Source: Podarcis gaigeae
Lineage: Eukaryota
Direction: 5' to 3' (one strand)
NCBI GenBank assembly: GCA_964106915.2
Contig: OZ066914.1
Length of the DNA stretch: 64,000 nt
Under the pieces are notes generated by a model, which was not told the origin of the DNA, searched no databases, and saw only the letters and a program-made list of their open reading frames with translations. Positions 37,530-49,347 of the stretch are shown here, in pieces (the stretch's first letter is position 1; every line of letters begins with the position of its first letter). Both the position numbers and the translations under genes were made by a program.

Positions 37530-37826
37530 AGTCATGGACGACTCTGGGGTTGCGGTGCTCATCTCTTTTTACTGGCCAAGGGAGCCGGCATTTGTCTGCA
37601 GACAGTTTTTCCAGGTCATGTGACCAGCATGACTAAGCCGCTTCTGGTGAACCAGAGCAGCGCATGGAAATGCCAATTTACCTTCCTGCCGGAGTGGCAC
37701 CTATTTAGCTACTTGCAATTTGGGGTGTGCTTTCGAACTGCTAGGTTGGCAGGAGCTGGGACCGAGCAAGGGGAGCTCACCCCGTAGCGGGGATTCAAAC
37801 TGCCAACCTTCTGATAGGCAAGCCCT
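37530..37826 (-). mobile_element. Sauria SINE (partial)
   Basis: Reverse complement of the Sauria body, e.g. TGCTTTCGAACTGCTAGGTTGGCAGGAGCTGGGACCGAGC. Confidence 0.85.
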
Positions 37827-38667
37827 ACTGTTAAAGTGTGTGGCTCAAATTCTTCACATCCCTAATTGTGTGGCTGTAGTTCTTTGGTGGATAAAAATAA
37901 CTTGCCTCACTCCAGAGAAACTAGCAATGTTTGAGTCTTACCAAACCCAAGAGAACAAAACTGCCTCGGTCCTGTATACCTGAAGGAGTGTCTCCACCCC
38001 CATCATTCAGCCTGGACACTGAGATATACGGTAGATTTCTAATGCAGCCACACAATTGTTAGGAGAATGTGAGCATTTGTGTTTTCAAATTAAATATTAT
38101 TTCACTTGGCTCCCTGGCGCCCTGCATTATGTTTACAATGCTTACTGCTTATGTCTTTGCAGAGAAACTAACCATTTGTCCATTAGTCAAAGGCGGGTAA
38201 CAACAAGGCCCAGAACCAGGAACCCTAAGGGAGCTAAAAGCTACCTATCCAAACCTCCTTTGAGCACTTAATGTTATGTAATGACACTTGGGAAATAGGT
38301 TTTAAAAAAAACAAAAAATGGCTTCGCCATTATGTAAACTGACATATGGTTGTATAATGTTGCAATATTCAAAGTGCAAGCTGCTGGGGAATAAGGTATG
38401 GATATCGAAGGGAGAGAATATAAATATAAATAAACATACATTTATCCTTAAGACTCCCTAAAAATGGTTCATTTGCCCCTGAAGGGAGTCTAATTTTGGT
38501 GTCTGGGTGTCGGAAGGACCATCATAATGCATCAAATTGGAAGGATGTGTGAGGCACATGAAGGACTTGTGACAGGACCTGAGAGCTAGGGGGGCCATCA
38601 TTACAGAAGGTAGTCTTCTATTTGAGGGTTAATCAACCCCAGTCTGGTTTAAAGTTAAGGAACCATA

Positions 38668-39092
38668 TGCTACAACAGCGGCAAGAATCTTAATAGCTCA
38701 AAATTGGAAGACCGGAGAAGTATCATCAAAAGCACAATGGCAAGAAAAGTTGATGAACTATGCAGAGTTAGCAAAGTTAATGGACAAACTGCGTGAAAAG
38801 GACAATAGTGACTTTGAAAAAGAATGGGAACCCTTTACAATATATTTGCAGAAACAACAGAAAGAAATGGTCTCACTGGCAGGATTTAAATAAACATTTA
38901 CAATTTTATTTACAGAGAACAAGAAGTACAACAATGTGATAACATAGTATTGTATATAAACAGCAGAATGTATCCTCTGATATAATAAAATAGAAGTGGT
39001 AGTTGAGGGAGAGGGGAAATTGGAAAATGTATGTTTAGCAATGATATTGAGAAAAGAAAATTAATAAAAATTATTTTTTTAAAATAAAAAAC
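38668..39092 (+). mobile_element. 5'-truncated L1-clade LINE 3' end with TSD
   Basis: ATTAARILIAQNWKTGEVSSKAQWQEKLMNYAELAKL...WEPFTIYL; AATAAA tail. TSD TTAAGGAACCATA at 38655-38667 and 39093-39105. Confidence 0.85.
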
Positions 39093-39423
39093 TTAAGGAA
39101 CCATAAAAAGGAGCAGAGGAGCCTTGGAAATCGCCCTCACCAGCAGCCACACAAGTCAGCTGAAATCTACTGTATATCTATTTAAATTATAGTAATTATT
39201 TCTAAATTTGTGTCTATAGTTACGGATATAAATTACTATTTGCAAACTAACACCCTCTTTTCCCCTTTCCTTTGGTACCACAACTCCCCATGTTTGGCAC
39301 TGCATAACTGCCCAGCCTGGTCAAGTTGAGGATGCACAGCCTGTGTCGGCAGTGGCTCACCAGCTGCTTCTGAGAGTGCAGCCACAAGAAGGGCTGTCTT
39401 AAGCATATGCAGCGCCGGGGTGC

Positions 39424-39590
39424 AAAGTTTGTTCTTGGTATGAGCTTTCGTGTGCATGCACACTTCTTCAGATACACGAAAGCTCATACCAATAACAAAC
39501 TTAGTTGGTCTCTAAGGTGCTACTAGAAGGATTTTTTTTAATTTTGTTTCAACTACGGCAGACCAACATGGCTACCTACCTGTAACTATC
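39424..39590. mobile_element. Penelope-like element terminus with inverted segment
   Basis: AAGTTTGTTCTTGGTATGAGCTTTCGTGTG is inverted relative to CACGAAAGCTCATACCAATAACAAACTT, followed by TAGTTGGTCTCTAAGGTGCTAC...GGCAGACCAACATGGCTACC. A related fragment lies at about 26535-26592. Confidence 0.75.
39438..39475 (-). ncRNA. Minimal type I hammerhead ribozyme motif (PLE-associated)
   Basis: Minus strand GUAU-CUGAAGA-A-GUGUG-CAUG-CACAC-GAAA-GC-UC-AUAC: intact core, 5-bp stem II, 4-bp stem I, minimal palindromic stem III. Confidence 0.7.
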
Positions 39591-39601
39591 ATCATAATTG
39601 A

Positions 39602-39602
<1 letters not shown>

Positions 39603-39645
<43 letters not shown>

Positions 39646-42565
39646 TTATTATTTATACCCCGCCCATCTGGCTGGGCTTCCCCAGCCACTCTGGGCGGCT
39701 TCCAAAGAAATATTAAAATACTGTAATACATCAAACATTAAAAGCTTCCCTAAACAGGGCTGCCTTCAGATGTCTTCTAAAAGTCTGGTAGTTGTTGTTC
39801 TCTTTGACATCTGGTGGGAGGGTGTTCCACAGGGAGGGTGCCACTACCAAGAAGGCCCTCTGCCTGGTTCCCTGTAACTTGGCCTCTCGCAGTGAGGGAA
39901 CTGCCAGAAGGCCCTCGGAGATGGACCTCAGTGTCAGGGTAGAACGATGGGGGTAGAGACGCTCCTTCAGATATACTGGACCGAGGCTGTTTAGGGCTTT
40001 AAAGGTCAGCACCAACACTTTGAATTGTGCTCGGAAACGTACTGGGAGCCAATATAGGTCTTTCAAGACCGGTGTTATATGGTCTCGGTGGCCGCTCCCA
40101 GTCGCCAGTCTAGCTGCCACATTCTGGATTAGTTGTAGTTTCCAGGTCACCTTCAAAGGTAGCCCCACATAGAGCGCATTGCAGTAGTCCAAGCGGGAGA
40201 TAACCAGAGCATGCACCACTCTGGCGAGACAGTCCGTGGGCAGGTAGGGTCTCAGCCTGCATACCAGATAGAGCTGGTAAACAGCTGCTCTGGACACAGA
40301 TTTGACCTGTGCCTCCATGGACAGCTGTGAATCCAAAATGACTCCCAGGCTACGCACCTGGTCCTTCAAGGGCACAGTTACCCCATTCAGGACCAGGGAA
40401 TCCTCCACACCTGCTCGCCTCCTGTCCCCCCAAAACAGTACTTCTGTCTTGTCAGGATTCAACCTCAATCTGTTAGCCGCCATCCATCCTGCAACCACCT
40501 CCAGACACTAACACAGGACCTTCACCGCCTTCACTGGTTCTTATTTGAAAGAGAGGTAGAGCTGGGTATCATCTGCATACTGATGAACACCCAGCCCAAA
40601 CCTCCTGATGATCTCTCCCAGTGGCTGCATGTAAATGTTGAAAAGCATGGGGGAGAGGACAGAACCCTGAGGCACCCCACAAGTGAGAGCCCAGGGGTCT
40701 AAACACTCATCCCCCACCACCACTTTCTGGACACGGCCCAGGAGGAAGGAGCGGAACCACTGTATGACAGTGCCCCCAGCTCCCAGCCCCTCAAGACGGT
40801 TCAGAAGGATGTTATGGTCGATGGTATCAAATGCTGCTGAGAGATCCAGCAGAACTAGGAAACAGCTCTCACCTTTGTCCCTAGCCCGCCAGAGATCATC
40901 AACCAGTGCGACCAAGGCAGTTTCAGTCCCATGGTGAGGCCTGAATCCAAATGGTCCGCTTCTTCCAGGCATGCCTGGAGTTGTTCAGCAACCACTCGCT
41001 CAATCACCTTGCCCAAGAATGGAAGATTTGAGACTGGGCGATAGTTGGCCATCGTGGCCGCATCTAAAGATGGTTTTTTAAGAAGAGGTTTGATAACCGC
41101 CTCTTTCAGCGGGTCTGGGAAGGCTCCCTCACGGAGGGAAGAATTCACCACCCCATGAAGCCCATCGCCCAGTCCTTCCCGGCTAGCTTTTATCAGCCAG
41201 GATGGGCAAGGATCAAGGAGACAGGTGGTTGGTTTCACTCGTCCAAGCAGCCTGTCCACATCCTCGGAGATAACAGATTGGAATTGATCCCATGCAACTT
41301 AACTAGAAAGGCCTCTAGCACTCTCCCGCCCCGGCCCTGCTCCCACAGTGGAGTCTACCTCTTCCCGAATCTGAGCAATTTTATCTGCAAAAAAACTTTG
41401 CAAAATCATTGCAGGAGATCATGTGGCCCGTACTGGGCCCCGATGTCGCAGGTGGTTCGCTAAATTGTGAACCACCTGAAAAAGTCTCCTGCTGCTGTTT
41501 TCTGCAGATGCAATAGAGGCAGTGAAGAAAGTCTTCTTCGCCGTCGCTACCGCCACTTGGTAGGCTCGACATTGAGCTCTAACCCGTGGCCAGTAAGCTT
41601 CAGAATGAGTTATCCGCCACTGGCGCTCTAGCCGTCTCAACGATTGTTTCATTGCTCTCAGATCCATGGAAAACCACGGGGCTCTCCGGGCTCCATGCAA
41701 TCGGAGAGGGCGCTTCGGAGCCAAACAGTCAATAGCCCTGGTTAACTCCACATTCCAGTGGGCTACCAGGGAATCAGCTGAAAGGCCATCAACATGGGAT
41801 AAAGCATCCCCTACCACTCTCTGGAAACCATTTGGATCCATTAAGTGGCAGGGGCGGACCATCCGAATCGGTCCCACCTCCCTGCAAGGGGAAGGCTCAC
41901 GGAGAAGTCCAGTTGCACCAGGAAGTGATCTGACCATGGCACTTCTTTCGTTTCGCTTTTACTTAGTGTCAGATCACCAGCATCCATAGAGGTAAACACC
42001 AGGTCCAAGGCATGTCCGCGGCTATGGGTTGGGCCAGACTTATTCAGGGACAGCCCCATAGAGACCATGCTTTCCACGAAGTCCCGAGCGGCCCCTTGTA
42101 AGGTCGTGTCGGCATGGATGTTAAAATCCCCTAGGACAACCAAACTAGGTGTCTCCAGAAGAACATCCACCACGACCTGAAGCAGCTCGGGCAGGGAATC
42201 CTTGGTGCAGCGGGGAGGTCGGTACACCAAAAGGAATCCTGTACTGCCCCTATTGCCCAACTTCCAGAACATGCACTCAGAGAACTGGGTCTTCCCAATA
42301 GGACACCTGGTGCAAACTAATGACTTCCTAAAAATCACAGCAATCCCCCCTCCCCGCCCACAAGGCCTGGGTTGCTGTGCGTAAGAGAAACCTGGTGGAC
42401 AAGCAGCGGCAAGGACAGGCCCATCTGCTTCATCCAACCAGGTCTCTGTTACACATGCCAGGTCAAGTCCTCCATCCATGATCAAGCCATGGATGGCAGT
42501 GGTCTTATGAATCATTGACCTGGCATTGCACAGCAGCACCTTCAGGTCATGTGGGTATCCCTTGC
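39603..42565 (-). mobile_element. L2-clade LINE with near-complete but disrupted ORF2 (APE endonuclease + RT) and (ATT)n tail
   Basis: APE motifs (LCNARS, CVTETW, LGDFN, LDLVF, SDH) and RT motifs (NYRPVSNLPFLGKVIE, LLDLSAAFDTIDH, GVPQGSVLSP, YADDTQLY) are spread over ORFs 41841-42644, 41419-41937, 40855-41259, 40541-40972 and 39731-40498. Frameshifts and stops present. Confidence 0.95.
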
Positions 42566-43397
42566 AGAGTGAATATATGTTCCCTTTATTTGTGAAACAG
42601 TATAAATTATCTTTGCAGCAGATGCTTTTGGGCCATAGAAACAACTTTTTTTCACATTCATCTTTTCAAAAAAGAAGACGGGGGGGGGAGACTTTTTGCT
42701 TGATTTGTTTCTTAAAGGGAGAAAGGATACATCACATGTGTTACATTTAACTGATGTTACTGTAAAATACTTATTTGTTTGCATTTCTAATTGGAGAAGC
42801 ACAGATGGCAGAGACGTCTGTTAAAATCATGCACTCTTTAAAATTTCTGATAATATTACAGCGAAGTGTAATCATTAAATAACTGTGCAGCTTGTATAAA
42901 CCCAGAGTTTAATTCACTGGAACCACATTTTTGCTTACTAGGTGGGAGAGAATCTTTATGTAATCTGGTTCATACTGACAATTAGGACAATGGCTCAAAT
43001 ACAGATTGGCAACAGAAATACTTACATACTATTGTCTGAAGACACAGTTGAACAGAGTTAGAAATCTCCGCTTGGAATCCTATTTTGACATTAAGTAGTG
43101 TAATAATAAATTAAGCTATGGCCTTAGAACTTTTTATCTATCAGTCATGGCAAGTCCTTGTGAGAATGGGTTAGTGTATGGGAAAGACACAAAGTGAAAT
43201 TTGAACCAGAATTCTAATGGCTTAAAGCCATCCATTGCACCCGTCATGGATTGGAAGCATGTAAAAGTCTTAATTCCGGGTTCACTTACCTGGGAGAAAG
43301 TCCCATGAAACTCAATACCACCCACTTCTGATTAGCACTGCAAAACATATTTATGAATTAGAGAATTATTAATTAAGCTGTCCTAGAACTGGGATAA

Positions 43398-43756
43398 GGG
43401 ACGCAGGTGGCGCTGTGGGTTAAACCACAGAGCTGGGCTTGCCGATCAGAAGGTCGGCGGTTCGAATCCCCGCGACGGGGTGAGCTCCCATTGCTTGGTC
43501 CCTGCTCCTGCCAACCTAGCAGTTCAAAAGCACGTCAAAGTGCAAGTAGATAAATAGGTACCGCTCCAGCGGGAAGGTAAACGGCGTTTCCGTGCACTGC
43601 GCTGGTTCACCAGAAGCGGCTTAGTCATGCTGGCCACATCACCCAGAAGCTGTACGCTGGTTCCCTCGGCCAATAAGGGAATATGAGCACCACAACCCCA
43701 GAGTCGGCCATGACTGGACCTAATGGTCAGGGGTCCCTTTACCTTTACCTTTACCT
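43398..43756 (+). mobile_element. Sauria SINE, full length
   Basis: Canonical head to (ACCTTT)n tail. Confidence 0.93.
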
Positions 43757-43921
43757 ATTCAAGGGGCAATGAAGAAGGTATTCCTTATTAATCCTCCTCC
43801 CATCATGTTAATGATAAAAAGAGGAAGAGGAAGCAGCAGTGGCCGGAAATTAAAGGCGTAAATGCCCTGAAAAGCCCCCATAATCTTTGTTTGTCCACAC
43901 TGGATAGACAAGTCCTTATAT

Positions 43922-44273
43922 TGTTGCACACCACCCTAGTCTCCAAGCAGTGCAAGATTCCAGGGGTTCCAGGCACTTACCCAGGGTTTGGTTTCTTTGG
44001 ACTGAGGGACAGCGGAGACTGCGGTGTCTTTAGGAAATATGGTTTATTTACACTGGCTTTTGCCTTTCTAACCAGCGGTGAGTTGAGGGAGGAGGGCCAC
44101 CCTTTTTCTGTCTGGCACAGACACTTCCTTTGTTACCTTATTGGCCCATACTTGGAGGGCCAATACCTCACTAGGAAGCTGGCCTAGCTATTCCAGGAAC
44201 TGAATCCGTGCTGGATCCAGGAATTAGAAAGGGGCTCAGGCATACAGCCTACCCCTCTACTAAACTAATAACA
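43922..44273 (-). mobile_element. Probable solo LTR
   Basis: Minus strand begins TGTTATTAG and ends GTGCAACA, with internal AATAAA. Its 3' part is shared with the element ending near 48460. Confidence 0.55.
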
Positions 44274-46434
44274 CTATATATCAAAAAATGATAACTGAAA
44301 AACATAGAACAACAGAGAAAATAACAGGCTGCAATGATTTGACAACACTGACCAGAAGAAGATATGTGATCCTGTTCAGCCAAAGCTGCTAGGCAGAGGA
44401 TCCCTCCGACAGCTGCCTTGTTAGAGTAAGAGCTGACTCCGCCTGAATATTAGGTACAGGAAAATTAACCGGAAATGTATTTGGAAACACTTGTTAAACC
44501 TGATGAAGTGAGTTCTGTTCTGGAAAGATGGCAGAGCTCAGCTTCTGCATTTTCACTCCTCTAGACCTGGCCCTTTAAGCGGTTTAAAGCAACAATTGAC
44601 AAAAAAGAGACACTTTGAAATAAATCACAGCGCATCACTTCTAATAGGTTTGTGTGTGGAGTGGGCTTGGTTTAGTATCGAAAGAGTTACTTCAACAGCA
44701 CTTTTTAGATATATAAAAACACACCCTGGTAATCTACTTGTCTATCCTAAAAATTTCATTTTTAAAATTCAGTGCAGCACTGAGTTTCATTAAATGTTTA
44801 CGATTCTATTACATGATACATTTTTAGATAGCTGTAATAAAAGGGAGTTGATAAAACTTCATTATCTATAGTGTCAGAGGGAGAATAAAATCTAATATCT
44901 ACAAAGTTTGTCCATAATATTTGTTGCAATAGTGCTTCAGGGGGGAAGCCTTCCTCTAACTGCATTTAATGTCACAGAAAGAAACATCTTGGCCCTTTGA
45001 AGTTAACTGCAAAAAGAACGCGAGGAAACTTTACTAAACAGTCTGAACATCATTGTCCCATTAGCTGAATAGAGGTGGATAGCTGTTAGCCATCCTGACA
45101 AATTGTCACAGAACAAGGTGCCATAGTAGTTAGATTTTTTTTTTCTGTACTCAGCAAGCAGAAAGAATATTTTAAACAACCCTCAAAATTTAACAACACG
45201 GTGATAAGAAGGCTGAGCTTGTAAATGTTTTGGGGTTGTTGTTTTTTTGTAAAATAGAGCTTTGAAATAATACATCCTCAAGTGGCTTGTTTCTGATGCA
45301 GAGAGTAGGACTACAAGATTTCTGTGTTGCTGTCACCCTACCCCACTTTTTTTTTTGGAACCAACATCCTCTGTTTATTTGCTTTTTTATATACAGAATC
45401 CAAAGCTCATGAAACGAGCATTGGTCAGGATAGCCATTCCATATGAAGCTGCTGATGCCACAGCCGGCTTGGGCCATCAGGAATCGCCCAGGAAAAAGAA
45501 CCTTCTCAGAAGCTGCACCTGGACTGTGGAACAGTCTCCGCTTGAGGATCCAGCGGGCACTTTCAGTAACGTATTTCTGCTGAAATTCTTAGAATATTTC
45601 TGTTCACCCAAGCATTTGTGGATTACTGATCATTAATAAACAGATCACTTCTGCACTGTGTGATTTTTTTTTGTATATTTCAAACTGCTTTAATTGAATT
45701 TATGATGTTGCTTTAATAGTGTTTAACTTTGTTGTACACCACTTTGCTATGCCATCGGACAAAAAGTTTCCTGCATTGCAGGGGGTTGGACTAGATGACC
45801 CTTGGAGTTCCTTCCAACTCTGCAATTCTATGATTCTATGTGAAAAGAAATATATAAACCTTTTTTTTAAAATTAAATAAATAAGTAAATGGCCCAGAGT
45901 TTTTGTTGAACTTGATCTATGTCTGGACACAAAGGAAAACAAGAGTCTTCTAACTTCAGTTATCAAGGCAAAGCAACACACCTTAGACAATTCACTCAAA
46001 GTTCAGCACATTTCCCATCAATGGGAAATTTGAGTACATTTTAAATCACTCCCAGTGAAATCAATGGAACATAAAAGTGTTTAATGTCAACTGGAATTTG
46101 CCCAATCACTTTCACTATAGAAAATTATAGAATTTTGAAAGGGATCTATGCAGCAGCACATTCAAGAGAACCAAATCTTCCCTGTTCCAGATTATTTTTA
46201 AGCAGTCTTCATGATTACTTTAAAATCCTGCCCTCCAAATATCTGTCTTAACCATACTTGTGTTGTTGATGTGCACACTAGCATAACTTCCCAACATTTG
46301 ACATAGGAAAATCCTATTATAAGGTTGGGGGGCAGGAAGACCACCCCCCCAAGAAATTAATAAATGTTGGGATCTAGGTATTATTTGGAGTATTGAAGGG
46401 AAGATTCCAGGCCAGTGGAAAAATGCAGGCTAAG

Positions 46435-48096
46435 GGACTTCCGGGTCGGCGCCATCGCCGAATGGCGGGCTCCCTCCGAGCTCCGGAGGGAGCCGGCTTG
46501 GCAGGGGCTGGGTCCTACCGCACCGGCGATGCGGGGACCCTTAAAAACCACGGCCAGAGTGAGGCCGTGGACATGGAGACTCGGCTGGCACCGTTAGCGC
46601 TCTCCCGACTCGTGAAGGAGCCTTTTTAAAGGCTACGGATCGGGTGCCGGGGAGAAGCGTGGTGCTTTGAGTTCTCTGCTATCCCTGCCGAGCGCAGCCG
46701 CATGCCATCCGGCGGAGAGCGCTGACTTCTTCTATTGAAAATTCGGCTCTAAAGAAGAACCCGTGAGTAATTGGAATATGGACTAAAAAAAAGGGGATAA
46801 ATTTTTAAAATTCGGAGCGAACGGGGGAGGCGGAAAAAAGGAAGTCAGCCCGCCCCTAAATTGTAGAAGAGCCAAAACAAAGGACTGGACAACTAAGATC
46901 GAGTGTAACCTTATCTTGCCGAATCAGCAACTTCGCGAGGGAAAATTATAAGATTGAGCTGGAGGAGAAAAGTGGAATTGTTTTAAAAAAAGCAACCCCC
47001 CCGGAATCCCTGGAGCGATTCGTGAAACTGCCTGGAGAAAAGTGATGGAGGTTTTGACAGCTGTCAAAGAGCTGTCAAAAAGGAAGATTAAAATAGAGAC
47101 TTTGTTATGAGGACTTTGCCGGTTATATTTGTTATAAATTGAATACAAACTGTTTTAAATATCGGTCAACAAGCTACTTGGTCTGGTGGATGTGATTCTG
47201 GAAGGGAACTTTGTTACTGCAATCCACCTAGAGGAGCCGAGGGATATTGCATGTGTTTTTCACAGGAAATCTGAACAGTTGAATGGAACTTTTAATCTCC
47301 TGGGAAACTGCAGGAATGGAACATTATTTTGTCTACAGAGGTCTACACACTACAGGAAACAATGGAACTATTTGTTGGAAAATGAAAGGAACATGATGCA
47401 ATGCTTTGCTCCATGAATAACAAGCCTCTGCAGAGACACTAGAAACTTTTGGAAAAAGAACATTTCTGTGGGAGAACAGAGAAATAAAAAGGAGGAGAAT
47501 GATTGACAAGAACAAGGAAATAACAAGAACTGGACAGAACTGGGGGAACATTTGGGATATTCAGGTTTGACAAGCTTATGGATATAAAATTGGAGTTTTT
47601 ACTCCTGGATATAAAAACCTGGATAGAAGAAATGGGCCCTTATTTGATAGACTCCTTCTACGATTGGACATCCGTAATTAAAGACTGGCAAAGAACCTGA
47701 GGGACATAGTGTAATGTGGGAACTCCAGGAAGATATTAGAAGTGGAGGGATAGGTGAAACGCAAAGGGGAAAGAGGGGAGGGAAAATTGGAATCCAAAGG
47801 CTGTAAAATTACTATTCATATTTATCTTACTTCCATCTGTACTATGTTTGAAAGGGGGAAACTCGTGGAAGGGTATAGATCGATCTTAGGGGATGAGAAT
47901 TTGGATAAATTGGGTTATTGATGAAGAGTGTAATTTGGGGATAAGAACTTGTTGAATTTAATTGTTTATCTGGAAGACTTGGAACACAAGAGGGGGTAGG
48001 GAGGGGAAGTCCTAGTTATTGGCAAAAAGTTTATAGATTGGATTTAATTTGTTTTGATTTGGAAAACCTTAATAAAAATTATTATAAAAAAAAAAA
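46435..48096 (+). mobile_element. Full-length non-autonomous L1-like retroelement lacking ORF2, with 17-bp TSD
   Basis: CpG-rich 5' end GGACTTCCGGGTCGGCGCCATC; AATAAA + poly(A). TSD GAAAAATGCAGGCTAAG at 46418-46434 and 48097-48113. Confidence 0.8.
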
Positions 48097-48981
48097 GAAA
48101 AATGCAGGCTAAGCTTCATTTCCAACCCAGGAAAGGAATAGAAGCATTAACATGACAAAAATAGAAGCATTAACATGGCTCCCATAAGAGAGGAATCCTT
48201 GGGCTGACAGGTGGCAGGGAAGGGGCAGACGGTGCTTGGAGGGGACATGCAGATTGCTTGGGGCAGCGGATTCCTGACTACCTTGGCTGCTGATGGGAGG
48301 GGCTACACTGGAGAGACCGGGGAGCATGGCAAGGTGTAGCATAAAAAGCCACAGCCTCCTCCGTGCCCTGAATTCACAATGGAAACATGACCTTGGGTGA
48401 GTGCCGGGAACCCCTGGAATCTCATGGAACTGCTTGGCAGAGATTGGGGTGGCCTGCAATGACTGATTTCACAAGGTGATAGAAAGCAAACTATGGCAAA
48501 TGATTCTTGGTGACATTCTGTTATTCCCAAGGGGGATTGTCTTGGGGGGGGGGGAGATGTCTGCCCCCTTGTAAACACTGAATATGCAATTGGCTTAAAG
48601 GGAAATTTGAATTGGTGGTTGGAAGCAGTGTGCTACCCTCAGACTACTTCTTAAGTTGCTTTTGCATATATCTTTTTGAATGGATATTTTTAGGCAGGGT
48701 GTTTTTTTCCCTTAATTCCCTTAAAAATCCACCTGGGAATGGAACCAGACAGATTTGTTCCATCCCCTCTGAAAACTGTCATGGACCAGACTTTAATGGG
48801 CCCATCCTGCCCTACTCCCCCTCCATCTCTACACAGGCTGATACATAAAACCATGATACATAAAACTAGTTGGCAGGGTTGCAAAAGGTCCCACACACAA
48901 TCCCTGGCATCCTCAGGTAAAGCTGGGAGGGACTCCTGCCTGAATCTCTGGAGAGAGCAGAGGTCAATGTGGAGAATCACA

Positions 48982-49347
48982 GGTAAGGTAAAGGTAAAGG
49001 TACCCCTGCCCGTACGGGCCAGTCTTGACAGACTCTGGGGTTGTGCGCCCATCTCACTTAAGAGGCCAGGGGCCAGCGCTGTCCGGAGACACTTCCGGGT
49101 CACGTGGCCAGCGTGACATCGCTGCTCTGGCGAGCCAGAGCCGCACACGGAAACGCCGTTTACCTTCCCGCTGGTAAGCGGTCCCTATTTATCTACTTGC
49201 ACCCGGAGGTGCTTTCGAACTGCTAGGTTGGCAGGCGCTGGGACCGAGCAGCGGGAGCGCACCCCGCCGCAGGGATTCGAACCGCCGACCTTTCGATCGG
49301 CAAGTCCTAGGTGCTGAGGCTTTAACCCACAGCGCCACCTGCGTCCC
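48982..49347 (-). mobile_element. Young Sauria SINE, full length, 11-bp TSD
   Basis: TSD GGAGAATCACA at 48971-48981 and 49348-49358; CpGs retained. Confidence 0.95.

Noticed and set aside
44499-44530. CTGATGA...GAAA hammerhead-like spacing
   Set aside because: Stem II and stems I/III cannot pair convincingly.
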